A stretch of DNA of 64,000 nucleotides from Mizuhopecten yessoensis (lineage: Eukaryota): assembly GCF_002113885.1 (NCBI RefSeq), contig NW_018479932.1:67640-131639 (forward strand), given 5' to 3'. A program made the translations under genes and the position numbers. The notes beneath the pieces are model-generated. The model was not told where the DNA came from and did no database searches. It saw nothing but the letters and a program-made list of their open reading frames with translations. Positions within the stretch are counted from its first letter, which is position 1. Every line of letters begins with the position of its first letter. Positions 51,919 through 64,000 of this stretch are shown in pieces.

Positions 51919-52890
51919 AATATATAAAGTTGATATTTAGCCTTAGGTTGTAGTAACACGTAAGTAATCTCGAATCGCAAATCGAATGTCAGTCACCTTA
52001 GCCTGCCCTGACAAGTTTGGAAACGAAACATCAGCATCATTGTCATATAGTAATGTAATACCTATGACATTTTGTACCTTTTCGGTTTAATGTGGGGTCC
52101 CCTATCCTCCAGGGTAGTACGGGACCGGACCGCCAGAACTAATGACAGAAAACTGAGTGACAGTTGTGAGCGCCACCTATATAAATCGAGCGCCATTTTT
52201 ATCTTAATGTGAGTAAACTACCCAGACGATTGTGTGTCCGGTAAGACAAAGGTGTTTGTTCGTAAATATTTAATGATGACATCACACCTGTCTGTCAGTG
52301 ACGGATGCTTGGTGTGTTGTCTAGGTATACACTGTACATACAACAAAACTCCAGGGGTTATGCATAACTATATACCTCATCTTATAGAGAAAAAGTTGAA
52401 CAAAGCAAGTAAGACTATTCAACGGCAAAATATAAACGGGATATTTTCAAATCCAAGGGTTGTCACATTTGACCTTGCCTTCACAAGTGAAGTCAATATT
52501 TACCTCTACAAATGCATCTATTACCTTTTCCCCTAATAGAACAGTGATTGTAGTTCGACTGAAGGCAACTGAATAAGATGAAGTGTTATAATGAAAATAA
52601 TATATACATGGTAGAATACAAACGAACATGTAGCTATAAATCACATTTGTTGCATGGTGTTCACAGGGATTGCATGTACGTCCAAGCATCGTTCGATTTG
52701 TCATATTCCTCTCAATTCGCGTTATACATTGCATACTCAAGTATGTAGGCTATCGCAACATCCCACGAAAACATTTATATTTAATTTCATGGTTCCAATA
52801 TGTAATACCGTGTTATATGTAACCTTACTTGCATATAACATATCGTATCGATCGCCCATACCGGTTGGGGATCGAGAAAAGAATATACCG

Positions 52891-52984
52891 GGCCCCGGGA
52901 TCATGAATGTATGACGTCACTTTTCATGAGGTTTTCTGTGATTGACTAAATTTTGACTAACCATCGTTTCATGATCCTGGGGCC
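52891..52984. mobile_element. Tiny Harbinger-like MITE
   Basis: 17-bp TIR ggccccgggatcatgaa / ttcatgatcctggggcc. TSD ambiguous. Confidence 0.55.
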
Positions 52985-53212
52985 GGTGTTACCCAAGTTG
53001 AACTTATGTGGGAACTTCTTGCAGAATTGGGGATTTTCTTTAACGACCGAAACAAATATATTGTATGTATTGCAACACTCGGGATCTTTATTTTTTTTGG
53101 TCTTCTTCCTTACAACCTTTGTGTTTTCTAGCGCCTTTCTTGTTAATACCTCACCTTTGGCCTTCATGTTGAACGTTCGCCCAAGTGAGGTAGGCAATGG
53201 GTTATGTCCCAA

Positions 53213-53523
53213 GGCCGGGACGTACCAATGTCCTTAAAATGGTAGATGTTATTACCTGCTTAACGTTCAGCATTGAGGGTTATCACGCCGTTGTCGGTAT
53301 AATGTGACCGGGCGGAATGCTGTGCTGGGTGCCTTCGACTATGTTTTTCAATAAAGTAGCACTATAAAGTCGGCATCACATTCACGCTATCGCAAGGTGG
53401 CAAATACCCATACATACCGCCTCTAGCACAGACGCGCAACTCACATTATACACACACTGAAAAACGTCCTTAAAAGTCATTAGCTGTTATTAGAACGTTA
53501 AGCCAATACAAACAAAACAAAAC
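53213..53523 (+). mobile_element. Meta-domain SINE (possibly Meta+Deu composite) with an eroded head
   Basis: cgtaccaatgtccttaaaatggtag..cctgcttaacgttcagcattgaggg (Meta-like); gtcggtataatgtgaccggg..agcactataaagtcggcat; tail cgtccttaaaagtcattagctgtt..acgttaa..(aaac)n. Confidence 0.7.
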
Positions 53524-54834
53524 TCGTGTTGATCCCCAAAACGCAATAATAATATAATTATAACAATACTACTTAAGAGTTTTCAACGCAAGGTAATTGT
53601 TAGAGCCTCATTCTCAAACTGTATAGTGAGAATGGAGCTTAGTTATGAAACCTATTATGTAGTTAAAGGGTAAGTCGGTACATGTAAGCATTGGAGTTTT
53701 ATGTGTTGCCTTCATGCAGTCTCAAAGAGGCCCTGTATTAATTATGAATGCTTGACAAGAGTGATGGGACGTAAGAGATGATATTCAAAGAGCTATCATT
53801 GAACACATGATATAATGGGATTTGAAATATTGATGCTTTCTCTCCTACACAATATCTGGAAATACTTCAATTCGCGAAATGGAATGTTTATTTGAAATAT
53901 GATGTTGAGCTTAACACCTGATTTGATGAACACTGAAGATGCTCAGGTGACACACATCGACCTACGGTTTATATATTTAAGTATCGGACGTGAGGTAACC
54001 TGAAGTCGAAGAACTGTTTCAGTATCTGCTCAAGGGCACAACACTGAAGAAGTCCAGATGTCAAAAGCATGTACTCCTATATAGGTAGATACGGTACTCC
54101 GTTCGCTGTATCACGAAACAGGCACGAAAGAAGTGTTTGACTTGGAAGAGAGAGAGACACACACACAAACATATTGCTTTGAATAGCTTGCGTTTTTATT
54201 CTGAATCAATACTATGTAACTGTCAGCGAAACCTTTACTGTGTGGATAATTTGCTAATAACCACAAAGTAGGTTTTATCATAAATTTATTTGTTTAGGCC
54301 GTATTACCACCGAACGGTAAACATTTACGTACTGTATGCTAATCAACATTAACACTTGTTTCCAGCTCTGTGCGAGGTCGTACTAATTTCCACCTCTCTT
54401 TGTTTTACAGCGGTAGGATGTGAGAGATGAGGGCACCTTGCAAAGGTCAGACTAATGTAAACCTTATTTTGTTTATCAAAGCTATTTGTGAGCTTGCCCT
54501 ACAAGATGGAATAAATAAGCTTCTGTATCGTGTTACAAGCCGACCTAGGGTTCCAGCATATGTTGATTTCTCTGTGATACTGGCGAGAGACGCAGCAGTA
54601 ACGCAGGGATCTGTAAGACAGGTAACAATATACAATTATGGACTTCAGGTGAGGTCCAAGACCGAATATCGAGGTGAATATCGGACAGATCAGGTTCGTA
54701 AAGCATGGAAAGACCGAAAATGAAGTTCATAATATTGCCTTATGTGTCATACCGAAATGATAACAAAACTTCAAGCCGAACTCAAAGTTGATAAAAGTAG
54801 GGCTAACAATATGAACAGAGGACAGGTTTTAGGA

Positions 54835-54905
54835 ACATAAGACCAGGTGTTCCAGAAGGATAAGCATTTTCTGCTCCATCGACGACACCCGTCATGTAAA
54901 TCTAT
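54835..54905 (-). mobile_element. Remnant of a structured terminal motif of a mollusc retroelement (possibly Penelope-like)
   Basis: Minus strand atgacgggtgtcgtcgatggagcagaaaatgcttatccttctggaacacctggtc resembles a motif I recall as abundant in bivalves. It is self-complementary. Confidence 0.4.
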
Positions 54906-56069
54906 GTGAAATCAACGCAATGTCAATACCTCATAGTAAGAATCAGGGTACATATATTGCAGTAACAACGAACCAACAAGGCACTTTTATGAGCAAAATC
55001 AAAAACATCAAGAACCTCTCCATAGTCGTCATTAATCTGCATCATTGGAAACACCGTGTTGATAGTTTGTTTGTCTTGCAGCAGATATACTTCAAGATAT
55101 ACTGTACATCTGTTAGTTTCCGTGGCAGTGCTATTTTCGCGCTTTTCCGGATAACAACTCAACGGTGATCTTGAGTTCAACAATGCAGCAAAAATGTCAA
55201 GTTTTGAGCATCGTTGTAAGATTTAGATTGGGACTTTAGACAATCTCGTTTTAAATTAAAAGGTTACACCAATTAAAATTGCATTCCCTTCACGTACAAA
55301 ATATTGTTTTACAGTTAAATGTTGATGCGGACACATTTTAATGTTTCATAAAACGGTATTTCAATGTATTAACACATACCACAGGAAACACTCAAGGAAT
55401 AAAAGCACAATAAAATGTATAGCTTTTTAAAAAATCATAGACTAACCCCTTTCCCGCGAATTCTAAATTGCGGGACAAAAAAGTCTGACGCAACCGCGCA
55501 AATAACCTTGCGCGTGAATTCGAGGTTTTACACTATATACAGTCAGAGGTTTATTCTGAGGTTAGACCTGTCTACACTACAATACATGGAGTGTTTACAC
55601 TGATATTATCAGCAGAAAACGATTCTGAACAGCTGTTGATTTGAGTTAATAATAATACTGTGCGATGTTTCCGATATTTTATTACATTATCTATTATTTA
55701 TATACTATCAATTCTGTTTTCATTCATAACAACACGTCGTTTTTTCCCAGTATTATTTAGTGTGATGTAGCTACGCTCTCCTCACACACCATATGTTATG
55801 ATTACTGTTCGAGTAATCGTTTTCCTTAACTTATTAACCCCTATATATTTAAACTGGACTTGCACAGTCTTTGATTTGGTAAGATTCAAATGCGACTTAA
55901 GGGGTGAATGAGTTAATGCTGTTTGACATTGCTGATATACACATAGTCTCTTACATGTACAATACACAATGATACGTAAAGCGTATTTGCCATTGGAAAC
56001 AATGTAGGCTTGCTTGATTACTATTTTCCCGATTACGTCAATAACTGCTCCTGTTTCTATTTGATACTA

Positions 56070-56252
56070 CAGTAAAACCTCGTTATACTGCCACCATTTG
56101 TGCAAAGAAATTTCGGCGTTATAAAAGAGTTTGGCGATAAATTGAGGGAAACATAAAAGAATTCTTAAGAAAAGGAGCAAAGGGACGTTGAAATAGGTTG
56201 GCATTATGTGACGTGGAAAAGAAACGAGGGGCACTATATCGAGGTTTTACAA
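56070..56252. mobile_element. Tc1/mariner (pogo/Tigger-type) MITE, same family as 24737
   Basis: ta|cagtaaaacctcgttatactgcc ... ggcactatatcgaggttttac. Confidence 0.7.
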
Positions 56253-56489
56253 AGATGATTGTTCAAGACTAACTCATCTATCCGTTCAGACTAATCTGAT
56301 TGTCCTTTGGGCTAACCCGATTATTCTCTAAGACTAACGCGGTTAATCTTTGGTAGTACGCGTATAGCGTTGATCTAACGAACGCGTTTACAGTTTTGGG
56401 ACAAATTCTACATAAGTCAGGGTCTAACCTGATAGCTACTTTACTTGAGGACTACGTGTAATCAAATAACCCTTTTGGACTTACCATTA

Positions 56490-56942
56490 ACCTTTTGACA
56501 ATAACCTATTATCCTTTAGGACTAACCGATAATCCTTTGAGACCTACCCGCTAATCCTTTGTGACCTACCCGCTAATCCTTGGTGACCTAGCCGCTAATC
56601 TTTTGTGAACTACCCGCTAATCCTTTTTGACCTACAATGTACCCGCTAATCCTTTTTGACCTACCCGCTAATTCTTTTTGACCTACCCTCTAACCCTTAG
56701 TGACCTACCTGCTAATCCTTTGTGACTTACCTGTTAATCCTATGGGACAAACTTGACTATCCTTTTGGATTAAGCAGATAATACTTTTAAGACTAACCCG
56801 ATAATCCTGTAGTACTGTCACAATACTCTTTTGGGACTAACCAGATAATCCTTAAGATTTTTTTTCAATAATCCGTTAGGACTAAATCGACTATCCTTTG
56901 GGACCTAATCGACTATCCTTTGAGACTAAATCGACTCATCCT
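56490..56942. repeat. About 22-bp minisatellite taatcctttgtgacctacccgc with degenerate edges
   Basis: Tandem periodicity is clear at 56530-56740. Confidence 0.85.
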
Positions 56943-57210
56943 TGCACATGAAAACGGCTAGGACAACGTTACATGTAACTAATCTGTTACTGGGATTATA
57001 TCGGTGAAAATCGACAAAATAGATTAAGCTAAATGATCGCCCCGATAACTTTTTTAAGGATAGTAACCTCTTGAACTAATCTATTATGCCAGAATGACGT
57101 AATCAGTGTCAGGGAAACTAACTCTGTCATATTGTTTATAAAAACCTGATATACGAGATATTGTTCAGTATAGCAATCCTTGAACGCAGTGAAAATTCGT
57201 ACGATACCTG

Positions 57211-57456
57211 GGCCCGTATTCAAGAAGCCGTTCTCATGCTCAACCATGGATTGTGTGCTTAAGCCTCATTTCTTGTTCTGGTTATAACTCAATAAATAAA
57301 TATTATTTCGTCAATGATTTGGAAACATTTTAAAGGGACTTTACATCTGACTTTTTGATCGTTTGACATGGTCTTAGCGAGTTACCAGATAGTTGGTTTG
57401 AGCACAGATTCCATGCTTGAGCATGAGAACGGTTTCATTAATACACTGTACGGGCC
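57211..57456. mobile_element. PIF/Harbinger-type MITE with a 3-bp CTG TSD
   Basis: ctg|ggcccgtattcaagaagccgttctcatgctcaaccatgga ... tccatgcttgagcatgagaacggtttcattaatac..acgggcc|ctg. TIR about 55 bp. Confidence 0.85.
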
Positions 57457-58667
57457 CTGGTATACAATTTCTGAGTGTATCAGACAGACATGTATATCCG
57501 GCTACACATCACGAGTTCCATTCTCGGTATATCTCGTAGCAATTAAATCCAGAACATATATAACTTACAGTAACAATGCACCATGTCTAATAACTTAAAA
57601 AATGAATATATAAATCAAATTAATAAAAACGACATATTTTTATATCAATTGAAAAAAAACCCATTATCTCTTATTTCAGCTTTATAGAAAATTCATAAAA
57701 TTATGATTCGTCACGATAACGCGACGAAATATAAACGAAAACAAAATTTTGCAATATCACTGAAATGGTAGGAATATGAGATGCTCTTTTTTGGTATGTG
57801 TCACACACGTTATATCAAAGTACATTCAAGAGCGCATCTCATTTCGTACACCTGATCTGTGAAATGGCTTATATAACAGCTGAAATGCACTTGCTGAATG
57901 CAAATTCACCGTGAAATCTGATTCGGACGAGATATATTACCTAAAACTTTCTTTTTTCAAAATTATTTTTAAATCTTGGTCATAGTTGATGAAATGATAG
58001 GTTTGTTTACACATAACCCGCATTAAACGTGTCTGGCACACTAAACATATCTGAGTTATAGCTTTATGAGGTCTAAAAGTCAATAACAATTGAAAAAGGT
58101 TTCATCAGCTTATAATACGTTGAAGATTCTTACCTTAAATCCAGACACACTCAGTAATCCCATCGGAATGTTTTGGAAAATGCTGGTAACATTTAGCATG
58201 TAACTTCACTAAGTATCCATTGTCCGGAGAGAGATTTTTCTCTCCTTCGGATTGGTTTAATATTATAGGAGCCCCTACATCACGCGACGTTTGCGCGCAC
58301 ATCCGGGTAGATAGTAGTACACATATCTGGGAAGATACGGCTACGTATTACATGTATGTACGTATTACATATGTACATATAGTCGTACTTAGTGGTATCG
58401 TAAGATGCAGCTGTATTTGCTTAAATAAAAACATAAAAACTGAGAATTCATAGAGAAAAGTCACTTCCGGTACAACCGAGTTGCGGATATTCCTCTTACA
58501 ACATTCGTCCAGAAATCACGTGCTCATGCATAACCAAATACTTCTTTTGAAACAAAAACACATCTTATGCACCCTTGCTATCCGGGTCTTCACAAACTGT
58601 TAAAACATTTCTGGAGTTACAATAAACACGTGCAAATCCCGATACATTTTCGTATCTTTTTGCTTGG

Positions 58668-59460
58668 AACTCGATACACTCTGTGGTGTACAAGTGGTAC
58701 TCGAAACACTCTGCTAGTTACACGTGGTATCCGATACACTGTGCTGGTGTACACGCGGTACTCGATACACTCTGTGGTGTACACGTGGTACTCGATACAC
58801 TCTGTGGTGTACACGTGGTACTCGTTACACTCTGTGGTGTACACGTGGTACTCGAAACACTCTGCTGGTATACACGCGGTACTCGATACACTCTGTGGTG
58901 TACACGTGGTACTCGATACACTCTGTGGTGTACACGTGGTATCCGATACACTGTGCTGGTGTACACTTGGTACTCGATACACTCTGTGGTGTATACGTGG
59001 TACTCGATTCACTCTGTGGTGTATACGTGGTACTCGATTCACTCTGTGGTGTACACGTTGTACTCGATACACTCTGTGGTGTATACGTGGTACTCGATAC
59101 ACTCTATGGTGTACACGTGATACTCGATACACTCTGTGGTGTGCACGTGGTACTCTATACACTCTGTGGTGTATACGTGGTACTCGATACACTCTGTGGT
59201 GTGCACGTGGTACTCGATATACTTTGTGGTGTGCACGCGGTATTCGATACACTCTGCTGGTTACACGTAGTACTCGGTACACTTTGCTGGTTACACGTAT
59301 TACTCGATACGGTGTGCTGGTTACACGTGGTACTCGATACACTATGTTAGTTACACGCAGAACGCTGTAGTTACATTGGTACTCCATACACTGTTAGTTA
59401 CACGTGGTACGCGATACACTCTGTGGTCTACACAAGAAACGCTGTAATTACACGTGGTAA
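58668..59460. repeat. 30-bp minisatellite tactcgatacactctgtggtgtacacgtgg, about 25 copies
   Basis: Direct tandem repeats. The unit length is divisible by 3 and stop-free in several frames, which explains the overlapping ORFs. Confidence 0.97.
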
Positions 59461-61458
59461 CTCGATTTTGTCAGATGTATGTAAATGTGCAGCACACTAT
59501 ACAATTGACAACTGTTGCCAATAGAGACACGTCCTTGAACGTGCTGTGTTCTTTGTCTAGTGATGCCCCTATCAGTACTGGTTAAAGCCACGTTATCACT
59601 TTATTTCTAATATACACAAGGAAAGAAATTCAAATAAAAAAACTGACTACTCCTTGTCATACTTCTCGGATAAGCATATAGATGGCAGTATCTTATAGCT
59701 TTGTTCGGACGAAACTTTCTTTTATTTATATTTATTAATGTTTACATCTATAGAATGGAGAGCGTTAAGGAATCTAGTAACATTATGGTCAATCTGTAAC
59801 AAAAACATCCCCACCGATATTACGTCTTCAATGACATACATGTACCTAAACTGTGAGGTACAGACTGACGTATTGTTTGACATCCCCGTCTAGCTGATAT
59901 ATTTGTTTCTGAGACTTACTTGGCACGTGCGCTATTGACATCATAAGTACACGTATATATACACATTTACTAGCATAGGTCTAGACAACTTCCTCGGCAT
60001 AACGGTATTTTTTTATCTGTCTGCAAATCTAGATTTAGTCATTGTAATATGTCCGTCAGATACAAACGATGGTTGACAAAGCACATTTGCTGTCTAATGA
60101 CTTTATCACACTATTAAATGAACATCCGGGGTACTGGTCAGTTTTAACTAACATGCACATGTATATTTAGATCCTGTGCGATGATGTCAATTGATGATCC
60201 TGTAAAATGTCGGTTAAATATGACTATATAGAAGTTCAAGTACGGTCAGTCATACCCAAGAAATGCAAGTCCAATTTGGTGGTCAATTTTGACTACATTG
60301 TAAGAACAAAGATGTCCTGGGGTCTTTAACGACACATTTATGTCCAGGGCAGTGGTCAGTTTAAAATTTGTACAAACCAAATATTTGGCAGTTTTTTACA
60401 ATGATAACATATACTATGTATCAGGTAGCTGGTTACCAAAATAAGTATACATTTTGGATATTTTTTCTAAATTGAACAATTTCATTTGCATTCCGTATCA
60501 GGCCACTTCATATTCCGGGAAAGGTCCAAATACGCTCTGCGCATTAGACTCGATTTCTTACTTCCGGATAAGATAACCCAGTCGTCTGTGATACATGTAT
60601 GTGTACTGTACCAGCTCAAATTCTATTTGAAGACTTGACAAACACTTTTGATATCTATATTAGACATCTTGAAATTACAGTATTTAAATAAATAAATAAA
60701 TAAATAAAAAAGATATTTCTTTTTAAATCAATCGATCAATAAATTTAAATGAATAAATCAACTATTATACAATACACGACCATGGGGGAAAATATGCCGT
60801 TTCGATCCATATCATGTAATCTTACCAAGATACTAATGCAATAAAGCTGAATGACAATTGAATTGTTTAAATTTGCTAATGAGTGGGGGAAGTCCATTAC
60901 AACAATGTAATGAGTATTAAGTGAATAATTGGCATATGCAGCTTTTCAATACTTGGAATCGGTTTTGCTGAACGGAATAGTTACTTGTAAATACTGATTA
61001 AATATATAGCGGCCTGGTCAGATTGCAAATTTAATTTTTTAAAAAAATGTTGTGTCTTTCATCACTAAGACAAAGATAATGTAAGGACCACTTTTACATT
61101 TTTACTCGTTCCATGGAAATCGATTCTAAGTAGTTCTGAAGAAAATCGGCGAATGGCCACAATCGTACTGTAGTTTTCTTCCCACTTAACAACTTTGATA
61201 AGTGCTCTCTATTGCTCTAAACGAATCATTTACATGGCTGTACACATAACGGTACCGATTTAGCAAATCAAGACCGAAACATGATATCTTGATTCGCGGA
61301 ATTTAGACGCTATCAGTCGCACTCCAAATTGGTGAGACAAATTGGCGTGCATTTTAAAGTGGAAAATAAGAAGAATGAAGGAATGGTTAATCATCTGACT
61401 GTTCTATCTTTTTATATCTCCAACAGCACACAATAAACTTAATGTCTAAACATCTTTT

Positions 61459-64000
61459 GGTGACAGACAAGTTAGACTTGTTTAGGTTAAGTGCATTGAC
61501 AGACAAGTTAGACTTGTGTTTAGGTTTAGTGGAGTGACAGACAAGTTAGACTTGTGTTAGGTTTAGTGGGGTGACAGACAAGTTAGACGTGTGTTTAGGT
61601 TTAGTGGAGTGACAGAGTTAGACGTGTGTTTAGGTTTAGTGGAGTGACAGACATGTTAGACGTGTGTTTAGGTTTAGTGGAGTGACTGACAAGTAAGACT
61701 TGTGTTTAGGATTAGTGGAGTGACAGACATGTTAGACGTGTGTTTAGGTTTAGTGGAGTGATAGACAAGTTAGACTTGTGTTTAGGTTTAGTGGAGTGAC
61801 AGATAATTTAGACTTGTGTTTAGGTTAAGTGGAGTGACAGACAAGTTAGACTTGTGTTTAGGTTTAGAGGAGTGACAGACAAGTTAGACGTGTGTTTAGG
61901 TTTAGTGGAGTGATAGACAAGTTAGACTTGTGTTTAGGTTTAGTGGAGTGACAGATAATTTAGACTTGTGTTTAGGTTAAGTGGAGTGACAGACAAGTTA
62001 GACTTGTGTTTAGGTTTAGAGGAGTGACAGACAAGTTAGACGTGTGTTTAGGTTTAGAGGAGTGACAGACAAGTTGGACGTGTGTTTAGGTTTAGAGGAG
62101 TGACAGACAAGTTAGACGTGTGTTTAGGTTTAGTGGAGTGACTAACAATTTAGACGTGTGTTTAGGTTAAGTGGAGTGACAGACATGTTAGACGTGTGTT
62201 TAGGTTTAGTGGAGTGACTAACAAGTTAGACTTGTGTTTAGGTTTATTGGAATGACAGACAAGTTAGACTTGTGTTTAAGTTTAGTGGGGTGACAGACAA
62301 GTTAGACTTGTGTTTAGGTTTAGTGGAGTGACAGATAATCTAGACTTGTGTTTAGGTTAAGTGGAGTGACAGACATGTTAGACGTGTGTTTAGGTTTAGT
62401 TGAGTTACAGACATGTTAGACGTGTGTTTAGGTTTAGTGGGGTTACAGACAAGTAAGACTTGTGTTTAGGTTTGGTGGAGTGACAGACAAGTAAGACTTG
62501 TGTTAAGGTTTAGTGGAGTGACAGCCAAGTTAGACGTGTGATAGGTTTAGTGGAGTGACAGACAAGTTAGACTTGGGTTTAGGTGTAGTGGGGTTACAGA
62601 CAAGTAAGACTTGTGTTTAGGTTTGGTGGAGTGACAGACAAGTAAGACTTGTGTTAAGGTTTAGTGGAGTGACAGCCAAGTTAGACTTGTGTTTAGGTTT
62701 AGTGGGGTTACAGACAAGTAAGACGTGTATTAGGTTTAGTGGAGTGACAGACAAGTTAGCCTTGTGTTTAGGTTTAGTGGAGTGACTGACAAGTAAGACT
62801 TGTGTTTAGGATTAGTGGAGTGACAGACATGTTAGACGTGTGTTTAGGTTTAGTTGAGTGACTAACAAGTTAGACTTGTGTTTAGGTTTATTGGAATGCC
62901 AGACAAGTTAGACTTGTGTTTAAGTTTAGTGGGGTGACAGACAAGTTAGACTTGGGTTTAGGTGTAGTGGGGTTACAGACAAGTAAGACTTGTGTTTAGG
63001 TTTCGTGGAGTGACAGACAAGTAAGACTTGTGTTAAGGTTTAGTGGAGTGACAGCCAAGTTAGACGTGTGATAGGTTTAGTGGAGTGACAGACAAGTTAG
63101 CCTTGTGTTTAGGTTTAGTGGAGTGACTGACAAGATAGACTTGTGTTTAGGTTTAGTGGAGTGACTGACAAGATAGACTTGTGTTTAGGTTTAGTGGAGT
63201 GACAGCCAAGTTAGACGTGTGATAGGTTTAGTGGAGTGACAGACAAGTTAGCCTTGTGTTTAGGTTTAGTGGAGTGACTGACAAGATAGACTTGTGTTTA
63301 GGTTTAGTGGAGTGACAGATAATCTAGACTTGTGTTTAGGTTAAGTGGAGTGACAGACAAGTTAGACTTGTGTTAGGTTTAGTGGGGTGACAGACAAGTT
63401 AGACGTGTGTTTAGGTTTAGCGGAGTGACAGACAAGTTAGACGTGTGTTTAGGTCTAGCGGAGTGACAGACAAGTTAGACGTGTGTTTAGGTTTAGTTGA
63501 GTTACAGACATGTTAGACGTGTGTTTAGGTTTAGTTGAGTGACTAACAAGTTAGACTTGTGTTTAGGTTTAGTGGGGTTACAGACAAGTAAGACTTGTGT
63601 TTAGGTTTGGTGGAGTGACAGACAAGTAAGACTTGTGTTAAGGTTTAGTGGAGTGACAGCCAAGTTAGACTTGTGTTTAGGTTTAGTGGGGTTAAAGACA
63701 AGTAAGACTTGTGTTTAGGTTTAGTGGGGTGACAGACAAGTAAGACTTGTGTTAAGGTTTAGTGGAGTGACAGCCAAGTTAGACTTGTGTTTAGGTTTAG
63801 TGGGGTTACAGACAAGTAAGACTTGTGTTTAGGTTTCGTGGAGTGATAGACAAGTTAGACTTGTGTTTAGGTTTAGTGGAGTGACAGACAAGTTAGACTT
63901 GTGTTTAGGTTTAGTGGGGTTACAGACAAGTAAGACTTGTGTTTAGGTTTAGTGGAGTGACAGACAAGTAAGACTTGTGTTAAGGTTTAGTGGAGTGACA
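61459..64000. repeat. 38-bp satellite gtgacagacaagttagacttgtgtttaggtttagtgga, more than 60 copies, running off the window end
   Basis: Continuous 38-bp periodicity with recurrent variants. Confidence 0.98.

Noticed and set aside
54040-54075. Hammerhead ribozyme core (ctgaaga)
   Set aside because: No stem II closing into GAAA and no stem I/III pairing. Other ctgatga hits on either strand also failed on inspection.
54427-54723. 98-aa ORF as a Penelope RT fragment
   Set aside because: Only a PAY tripeptide resembles the expected motif, which is not enough support.
58567-59387. Repetitive 10-aa-period ORFs
   Set aside because: A 30-bp minisatellite open in nearly all frames, with no sign of a preferred frame.
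61459-64000. Palindromic 38-bp repeat as a CRISPR array or true telomere
   Set aside because: No spacers and no run of canonical TTAGGG; it is a satellite.

Overview
AT-rich, repeat-dense animal genomic DNA. It is most likely a bivalve mollusc, inferred from the V-, CORE- and Meta-type tRNA-SINEs, CR1/RTE-X LINEs and MITE families; it is not prokaryotic and contains no CRISPR array. The one intact protein-coding gene is a minus-strand aminergic GPCR with an uninterrupted CDS (36473-38104), resembling the invertebrate-type dopamine receptor Dop1R2/DAMB/INDR, preceded by a probable 5'UTR intron acceptor at 38542. The rest is a decayed near-full-length LINE (about 1580-6610), a CR1-type LINE fragment (about 46100-48080), at least 9 SINE copies, many MITEs, several tandem arrays (29, 30, 38 and 40 bp units, among others) and an 849-N assembly gap. 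The most notable observations are: (1) a 558-bp TIR element with a perfect 10-bp TSD that keeps the 5' ends of two convergent genes, one a RecQ-type helicase, which fits an AcademH-like deletion derivative with two inward-facing CCAAT/hairpin modules; (2) an inverted duplication of a SINE plus its non-SINE 5' flank (14555-15115 vs 17705-18110); (3) a near-perfect 40-bp array of about 50 units, each with a CCAAT box, that grew out of an older degenerate array; and (4) SINE/LINE 3'-tail sharing visible within the window. All family assignments come from recalled motifs, not database searches.
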